A stretch of 62,882 nt of DNA, counting the filler, from Octopus bimaculoides (taxonomy: Eukaryota), in the NCBI RefSeq assembly GCF_001194135.2. It is 6 parts of 5 records of this genome, joined end to end, with 100 filler letters (N's around TTAATTAATTAA, not from the genome) between each part and the next. Parts side by side here need not be neighbours in the genome. Positions count along the whole stretch, not along the records: positions 50,674 to 57,440 come from NC_068993.1; positions 57,541 to 62,882 come from NC_068987.1; 4 more parts are not named here. One strand, written 5' to 3'. Both the position numbers and the translations under genes were made by a program. Numbering within the stretch: position 1 is the stretch's first letter; every line of letters begins with the position of its first letter. The notes below the pieces were generated by a model. It saw only the letters and a program-made list of their open reading frames with translations, did no database searches and had not been told where the DNA came from. This document shows, in pieces, positions 54,965 to 62,882 of the stretch.

Positions 54965-55678
54965 TATTGGTTCTTAACTGGGGTCAATATGACCCCTAGG
55001 AGTCCATATAAGATTTTGGGGTGCCCACAGAAGCAAAGTAGTACATTGGGGGTCCATAGTAGTATTTTCAAGGTCCATTTGAAAATCTTTCATAAGATTT
55101 ATTTATTGCAAGAAACAGCAAGGTTTCTTTCTCAAATGTTTTACAAAGCCTTGTGAGTGGATTTGGTAGACGGAAACTGAAAGAAGCCTGTTGTATATAT
55201 GTATACATATATGTGTGTGTGTGTGCGTGTGTGTGTGTGTGCGTGTGTGTGTGTGTTTGTGTGTCTGTGTTTGTCCCCCCACCATCGCTTGACAACCAAT
55301 GGTGGTATGTTTACGTCCCCATAACTTAGCGGTTCGGCAAAACAGACCGATAGAATAAGTACTAGGCTTACAAAGAATAAGTCCTGGGGTCGATTTGCTC
55401 GACTAAAGGCGGTGCTCCAGCATGGCCACAGTCAAATGACTGAAACAAGTAAAAGAGATAAAAGAGATAGTTTAACATATTTCCAGCCACTGAAACTTGT
55501 CCTGTCAGTGAGTGCTAGTGCAAACCTACAAGAGTGAATGTGTGAAAAACAAAACAGAGATTTTGAAAGAAGAATTTATAAAACTAGTTTTTAAACATCA
55601 AATTACTATGGGGTCCACCAGAATAAAATAGTAGTCAAAGGGGTTCATGCATAAAAAAAAAATTATTGAGAACCGTTG
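54965..55678. mobile_element. hAT MITE family A, copy 1 (carries a SINE)
   Basis: Ends tattggttcttaac / ttgagaaccgttg; flanks CTCTAAAC / CTCTAAGC; body homologous to 55872-56719. Confidence 0.75.
55127..55468 (+). mobile_element. 5'-truncated SINE family A inside a hAT MITE
   Basis: aaagccttgtgagtggatttggtagacgg...gtcaaatgactgaaacaagtaaaagag. Confidence 0.85.
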
Positions 55679-55686
55679 CTCTAAGC

Positions 55687-55863
55687 CAGTGGTCCATGTT
55701 GCAGCACACTGGTGTGCCATAAGAGGATGCTAGGTGTACTGCAGTGTAACCTGAATATTATTTTTTCCCTATACTTTTAGTCATAGTTTTAGTTCAGGTG
55801 TACTGCTGAATTTTGAAAAGAATATTAGTGTACTGCAAGTATAAAAAAGGTTGTGGAGCACTG
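55687..55863. mobile_element. Short hAT MITE family B
   Basis: Ends cagtggtcc / ggagcactg; flanks CTCTAAGC / CTCTAACC. Confidence 0.6.
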
Positions 55864-55871
55864 CTCTAACC

Positions 55872-56719
<848 letters not shown>

Positions 56720-57089
56720 CTCTCAACACTATACAGAGCTTCCCCCCCCCCCCCCCNNNNNNNNNNNNNNNNNNNNNNCGCCAGAACAATGGCTTCTGGA
56801 ATTCCTTTGCTACTCATTTCTTTTTGGAATTCTGAACTACAAGCATTCAATCAATCACATCAATCACATCAGTCTCTGGGAAAACCAGCAAAGGTTAGAG
56901 GCACTGTGTCCCCTCTCTTCTAAAACTGTTAAAAAAATTTGTATGTCAGTCTATTTATTAGATGGAGCAATTAACAAGCTAAAGTTATGAGGTAAACTGT
57001 CTAGGTGCAGAAAATAACATTTTGGGAAATACCATAAAATTCCTACAGGAAACAATCAAAGAATGTTCACATAGTTATATTTAATATAC

Positions 57090-57440
57090 TATTTTTACTA
57101 TTTTACTTGTTTCAGTCTTTTGACTGTGGCCATGCTGGAGCACCGCCTTTAGTCGAGCAAATCGACCCCAGGACTTATTCTTTGGAAGCCTAGTACTTAT
57201 TCTATTGGTCTCTTTTGCCGAACCGCAAAGTTACGGGGACATAAACACACCAGCGTCGGTTGTCAAGCGATGTTGGGGGGACAAACACAGACACGTACAT
57301 ATATATATACATATACATATATACGACGGGCTTCTTTCAGTTTCCATTTACCAAATCCACTCACAAGGCTTTGGTCGGCCCGAGGCTATAGTAGAAGACA
57401 CTTGCCCAAGATGCCACGCAGTGGGACTGAACCCGGTACC
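57090..57440 (-). mobile_element. SINE family A copy
   Basis: Reverse complement of the full body, running into a gap. Confidence 0.85.
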
Positions 57441-57540
57441 NNNNNNNNNNNNNNNNNNNNNNNNNNNNNNNNNNNNNNNNNNNNTTAATTAATTAANNNN
57501 NNNNNNNNNNNNNNNNNNNNNNNNNNNNNNNNNNNNNNNN

Positions 57541-58245
57541 TGGAGTGCCTTATGTATTTTATAATAATTAGTGCCACCTTGTTCATGGCTAGTGTTTCCA
57601 GAATCCACGTGTGGGGAACACTGTCGAAAGCCTTTTGGTAGTCCACTCAGGCCATACTGAGGCCTCTCTTCTTTCTGCGGCTGCCTTCAGTTATGGCTTT
57701 ATTGATCAATAATTGATCTTTACAGCCGTATGAGCCCTTGCAGCATCCCTTCTACTCTTCTGGAAACAGGTTGTTATTTTCCAGGTGCTTACTCAATCTC
57801 TGCGATATTATTGCAGTAAAGGCTTTGTAGATCGTAGGGAGACAGGTTATAGGTCTGTAGTTTTGCGGTTTCTCCGTTTCCGTGAATTTGGGAATTAAGA
57901 TGGTTTTCCTTTTGGTGAGCCATTCAGGCATTGTCTCTGGATCTGCTAGTATGTTGTTAAAGTTTTCTGCCTGCTTTTTGAGCATTCCTGTCAGGTGTTT
58001 TAACCAGAAGTTGGGGATCTTGTCGTGCCCAGGTGCCTTCCAGTTGCTTAGTCTTTGCAGTGTCTGGGTGACATCTTCAGTTGTTATAGGGGTCCAGAGT
58101 TGCTCAGGTGCTAAGTTCGTTGTTTTAATGGTCTTTTCTGGGGTTGTTGCTTCACCGACCATATTTGTTTCCAGAATTCTTCCAGTTCTTCTGCTGCTGG
58201 TGCTGCAGTAATGTCTATTTTATTTTTACCCAGTTCTTGGTAGAG

Positions 58246-58249
<4 letters not shown>
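57541..58249 (-). mobile_element. R4/Dong-clade fragment (RT N-terminal half)
   Basis: KLYQELGK..EEFWKQIW..NWKAPGHDKIPNFWLK..PEWLT..TILIPK..NYRPITCLPTIYK..E*KGC.KGSYGCKDQLLINK..DYQKAFDSVPHTWI; contains in-frame stops. Confidence 0.9.
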
Positions 58250-58309
<60 letters not shown>

Positions 58310-58310
<1 letters not shown>

Positions 58311-58749
58311 AGCATCATCATATATATCATCCATATTATCATTGATTAATTCATTGATTGATTCATTCATTGAGTTGCTGTTCCTTCCTCACAGAGTCGG
58401 GATGCAAACCATAGCCCCAGAGCGTCAAAGAATGTGCTTATGCTAATCTTCTGGAATTCCTGTTGAAGTTTTAGGTACATTGTAGATGCACTTGTTTAGT
58501 CTTTTTTTCGCAAGCCCCAAATTACTGATAACGATAGATTCAACGTTCACTGCCCACACCAGTTTTCTTTCTCTTATTAAATCTTTTTACTTTGATCATT
58601 TTTTTGGTGACATTTTGTGAATGCATTTCCTCCTTATGGTATTGCTAATGTCTATCATTAGATATTTCTTTTCCTTCATATCTTTCATAATGATGCTCGG
58701 ACGGTTCGCTGTTAATTTCCGTTCTGTACGAATAAGTATAGCCATAAGG
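58310..58749 (-). mobile_element. R4/Dong-clade 3' end (restriction-like endonuclease + 3' UTR)
   Basis: IRTERKLTANRPSIIMKDMKEKKYLMIDIS, a degenerate PD-(D/E)xK RLE; the 3' UTR runs into (AAT)n. Confidence 0.75.
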
Positions 58750-59854
58750 NNNNNNNNNNNNNNNNNNNNNNNNNNNNNNNNNNNNNNNNNNNNNNNNNNN
58801 NNNNNNNNNNNNNNNNNNNNNNNNNNNNNNNNNNNNNNNNNNNNNNNNNNNNNNNNNNNNNNNNNNNNNNNNNNNNNNNNNNNNNNNNNNNNNNNNNNNN
58901 NNNNNNNNNNNNNNNNNNNNNNNNNNNNNNNNNNNNNNNNNNNNNNNNNNNNNNNNNNNNNNNNNNNNNNNNNNNNNNNNNNNNNNNNNNNNNNNNNNNN
59001 NNNNNNNNNNNNNNNNNNNNNNNNNNNNNNNNNNNNNNNNNNNNNNNNNNNNNNNNNNNNNNNNNNNNNNNNNNNNNNNNNNNNNNNNNNNNNNNNNNNN
59101 NNNNNNNNNNNNNNNNNNNNNNNNNNNNNNNNNNNNNNNNNNNNNNNNNNNNNNNNNNNNNNNNNNNNNNNNNNNNNNNNNNNNNNNNNNNNNNNNNNNN
59201 NNNNNNNNNNNNNNNNNNNNNNNNNNNNNNNNNNNNNNNNNNNNNNNNNNNNNNNNNNNNNNNNNNNNNNNNNNNNNNNNNNNNNNNNNNNNNNCAGCAG
59301 TAGTAGTAGTAGTAGTAGTACCAGCATTTGTGATATTAGTAGCAGCAGCATCACCATTTTTCTCATCATCATCAATATCGTCATCATCTTTCATATAATT
59401 TTTTCGTAATTTCACGGAATTGATAATGTTATCTCCATTCGCAAATTGAATTTTGAAAAAGTAGCAACAGTTGATTAGAAATGCAGAACGGGAATCTAAT
59501 GACAACATAAACAAAATGTTGTATTCAAAAACAGAATAACGACAACATAATACAAAAATGTAAACAACAATCTCAGTAGATAATAATAATAATAATAATA
59601 ATAANNNNNNNNNNTAATAATAATAACAACAACAACAGCAACAACAACAACAACAACAATAATACGGTAACAAGTCAACACTACAAAGTTGACACAACGA
59701 AAGCAGTAAAATAATAGGTATAAACCTATAGCAATAAAATGAAGCTTGTATCCAGATCTCAAAGGAAATTTAATAACAAATTCTAATTAAATAGGAGGTA
59801 GAACTGGAGCAACAATAACCAGAGTGTGAACGCCCCTAACAATAATGATAATAA

Positions 59855-60062
59855 TCCTTTCTAATATAGGCACAAGGTCGGAAATCTGGGAGAGGGGAAT
59901 AGTCGATTAGCCCCAGTATTCAACTGTTACTTATTTTATCGACCCCGACAGGAAGAAAGGCACAGTGGACCTCGGCGGAATTTGAGCTCAGAACACGAAG
60001 ATGAACTAAATGCCGTGGAGCATTTTGTCCTGGGTGTAAACGGTTTCTACCAGATCGCTGTC
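59855..60062 (-). mobile_element. SINE family B copy
   Basis: ttatcgacccc..gacctcggcggaatttgagctcagaac. Confidence 0.75.
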
Positions 60063-60185
60063 TTAATGGTAATAACAGCAAGAAGAAGAAGAAGAAGAAG
60101 AAGAAGAAGAAGAAGAAGAAGAAGAAGAAGAAGAAGAAGAAGAAGAAGAAGAAGAAGAAGAAGAAGAAGAAGACGACGACGACGA

Positions 60186-60403
60186 CCTATAATAATTGGT
60201 GCGTTGGGAACAGTAAGCAATAATATAGACAAATGGCTGAAGCAGACTGGAATAGAATGCCCGGTAGAGCCCGTACAGAAAGTTTGTCTCTTAAACACAG
60301 CAAGAATTATCAGAAGGATTCTAAGCACTTGAAAGGCTGCTGAAAACTTTCTGATACCTAAGGTTACAAATAGTAACCCGTTACGCACATAAATCTTACC
60401 AAG
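60186..60403 (+). mobile_element. R4/Dong-clade short 3' end
   Basis: PIIIGALGTVSNNIDKWLKQTGIECPVEPVQKVCLLNTARIIRRILST*; (AAG)n upstream, (AAT)n downstream. Confidence 0.8.
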
Positions 60404-60409
60404 AATAAT

Positions 60410-60449
<40 letters not shown>

Positions 60450-60549
60450 NNNNNNNNNNNNNNNNNNNNNNNNNNNNNNNNNNNNNNNNNNNNNNNNNNN
60501 NNNNNNNNNNNNNNNNNNNNNNNNNNNNNNNNNNNNNNNNNNNNNNNNN

Positions 60550-61050
60550 CATACCGACAAAACTATAAAAGCTAATAAACCGGATATTATTATAAAAGAC
60601 CATACAAAGTTGTTGTTTATTAATTGACATGAGTATTCCTTGCGATCACAATATAGCGACGAAAGAATTTGACAAGATCAGTAAATATAAAGACTTGCTA
60701 ATAGAAATTGAAAAAATGTGGCATCTCAAGGCGACTACCGTACCAGTGATTGTAGGATCTCTAGGAATGATAAAAAAAAAAGGCACTAAAACTTGTTTGA
60801 AAATGATACCAGGCCTACCATCCCTACAGGAAGTGCAAAAATTCGTGTTAACTGGAACGACTCATGTACTGAGAAGAGCATTATCGCTGTGAAAACAACA
60901 GCCATTCATGAATTTATTTATTCATTTATTTTTTTAAATACATATTCTACCTGTGAATTTGCGTGTGTAAACTGGGAATGCATACAATGAGCTTCTCTGC
61001 CCTAGGTGTGCGGAAAATACTCGGCGAGAAATGGAAGAAAATGTGAAGAA
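60550..61050 (+). mobile_element. R4/Dong-clade 3' end (RLE domain + 3' UTR)
   Basis: TDKTIKANKPDIIIKD..IDMSIPCDHNIATKEFDKISKYKDLLIEIEKMWHLK..VPVIVGSLG..QEVQK.VL.GT.HVLRRALSL*, followed by (AAC)n(AAT)n. Confidence 0.88.
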
Positions 61051-61083
61051 AACAACAACAACAACAATAACAATAACAATAAC

Positions 61084-61137
<54 letters not shown>

Positions 61138-61138
<1 letters not shown>

Positions 61139-61210
61139 GCGAAACGGGCTGATTACTACCTAGCTCAGATACCAGGAAACCCCAAAATGGCTGAAGTTCA
61201 AAAGATAGTG
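61138..61210 (+). mobile_element. R4/Dong-clade C-terminal fragment
   Basis: AKRADYYLAQIPGNPKMAEVQKIV, homologous to the C-terminus of the 60550 copy; follows (AAT)n and runs into a gap. Confidence 0.65.
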
Positions 61211-61563
61211 NNNNNNNNNNNNNNNNNNNNNNNNNNNNNNNNNNNNNNNNNNNNNNNNNNNNNNNNNNNNNNNNNNNNNNNNNNNNNNNNNNNNNNNNNN
61301 NNNNNNNNNNNNNNNNNNNNNNNNNNNNNNNNNNNNNNNNNNNNNNNNNNNNNNNNNNNNNNNNNNNNNNNNNNNNNNNNNNNNNNNNNNNNNNNNNNNN
61401 NNNNNNNNNNNNNNNNNNNNNNNNNNNNNNNNNNNNNNNNNNNNNNNNNNNNNNNNNNNNNNNNNNNNNNNNNNNNNNNNNNNNNNNNNNNNNNNNNNNN
61501 NNNNNNNNNNNNNNNNNNNNNNNNNNNNNNNNNNNNNNNNNNNNNNNNNNNNNNNNNNNNNNN

Positions 61564-61679
61564 CAGGTGCAAGAGCGAAACAGACCGGACCTAGTGGTGG
61601 TGGACAATGTGCACTACATATGCTATATAGTTGACGTTGCATGCCTCTTTGACCCACGAATAATCAAGAAAGAAGGCGA

Positions 61680-61740
<61 letters not shown>

Positions 61741-61860
61741 ACCCTCTTAAGTACGAAATAGCCCGACTATGGAAAATGAAGACGATGAATTTAGTGCCAA
61801 ATATTATTGGGTCCTTGGGAAGAGTATCAGAAGGCATAAGACATAAGCAATTGAGGCTTA
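61564..61860 (+). mobile_element. R4/Dong-clade RLE fragment interrupted by (GATA)n
   Basis: ..VDVACLFDPRIIKKEGEKIDR-[GATA]n-PLKYEIARLWKMK..VP.IIGSLGRVS. Confidence 0.7.
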
Positions 61861-62262
61861 AGCAGTTGAGGATGTACCTTATTGGCTGACAATATGTGCA
61901 TCTCTGACCATGAGCAGAAGTAGTGGGGGGGGAGAATCATAGCCCTGTGTTGAGAGGAATTTTGGAGGTTTTGGATAGTTCCCCTCCAGAAACATGGGTG
62001 TTTCGTTCAACATCCTTAAACAACTCTTATTCAGAGAACTTTTGAGTAGGATGGGCCACTCAACCTGAAGAAAATTCTAACTGGGCCCCACCTGCGAGGT
62101 CATGCGCTGTTAATCTTGATATGAAAACACCATATCACACACATATGGTTGTGATGCATGTGCCTGGTGTACCCTTATCAGACGGGTAGTCATGATGGGT
62201 ATAATGGGCTTCGTATATTTTACCCCAGTGTCACGTTGATAGTATGCACTACTCTCTCACTC

Positions 62263-62314
<52 letters not shown>

Positions 62315-62336
62315 GATGATGATGATGATGATGATG

Positions 62337-62377
<41 letters not shown>

Positions 62378-62882
62378 TACCATCATAATAGGCTCCTAAA
62401 TAAATAGAGATGTGTGTGTCCGCAAGAATTATATTGCTGTTTCCGTTGTAAGACAGCAAACAATATAATCCTATTGTTCAAAGAACAAGTGTTTCTATTC
62501 AAAGTAAATGGTTTTCTGTCTTGGAGATCAAGTCACGAAACTCTCTGAATAAGAAATCACTGAAGCTGATTGGTCGTTATGCTGTCTGCGTTGTTGATTG
62601 GTTGAATGGACATGATTTTTTTTTTGTTCTTTTTACTCTTTGCTTTTATATAGTTTTTGTGTATTCTTTTGTGTTCCTGATGTTGGAAAAGCTAGTATCG
62701 CTGGTAGTTCTTTGACTTAGTAGAACTGGAAGAAATAGTCGGTGATCAGGGTGGCGATGGTAGCGGTAATGGTAGTGGTGGTGGTCATCGTCGTCGTGAT
62801 GGTGGTGGTGGTGGTGGTGGTGGTGGTGATTAGGGTGGTGATGGTTGTAGATGGAAATGAGACGAAATGTTTACAGGAGTAA

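Overview
This is eukaryotic, AT-rich genomic DNA saturated with microsatellites and broken by many N gaps. The SINE families, repeat landscape and gene suggest an octopus/coleoid cephalopod draft assembly (inference, not database-checked). The only host gene I can support is a + strand, intron-rich peptidyl-alpha-hydroxyglycine alpha-amidating lyase (PAL, the lyase half of the PAM neuropeptide-amidation system). Nine coding exons lie between 37930 and 43952 with GT-AG sites and consistent splice phases wherever visible. Exon 2 runs into a gap, the N-terminal exon was not found, and the protein stops right after the beta-propeller with no transmembrane tail. The rest is transposon debris: a Penelope-like element (RT + C-terminal GIY-YIG + probable hammerhead ribozyme), about nine R4/Dong-clade LINE fragments mostly abutting (AAT)n, RTE and CR1-type LINE pieces, three Tc1/mariner deletion derivatives, four hAT MITEs and several tRNA-derived SINE families. 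Almost all long ORFs in the supplied track are microsatellite or N-gap artefacts. The best leads are: (1) a duplicated PAL exon/intron boundary whose silent upstream donor differs from the real donor only by A-for-G at two positions, a candidate A-to-I-editing-gated in-frame splice switch; (2) a ~720-bp palindrome of two divergent tRNA-headed, hammerhead-like SINEs; (3) head-to-tail R4/Dong 3' ends strung through trinucleotide repeats; (4) three hAT MITEs stacked on one target site.
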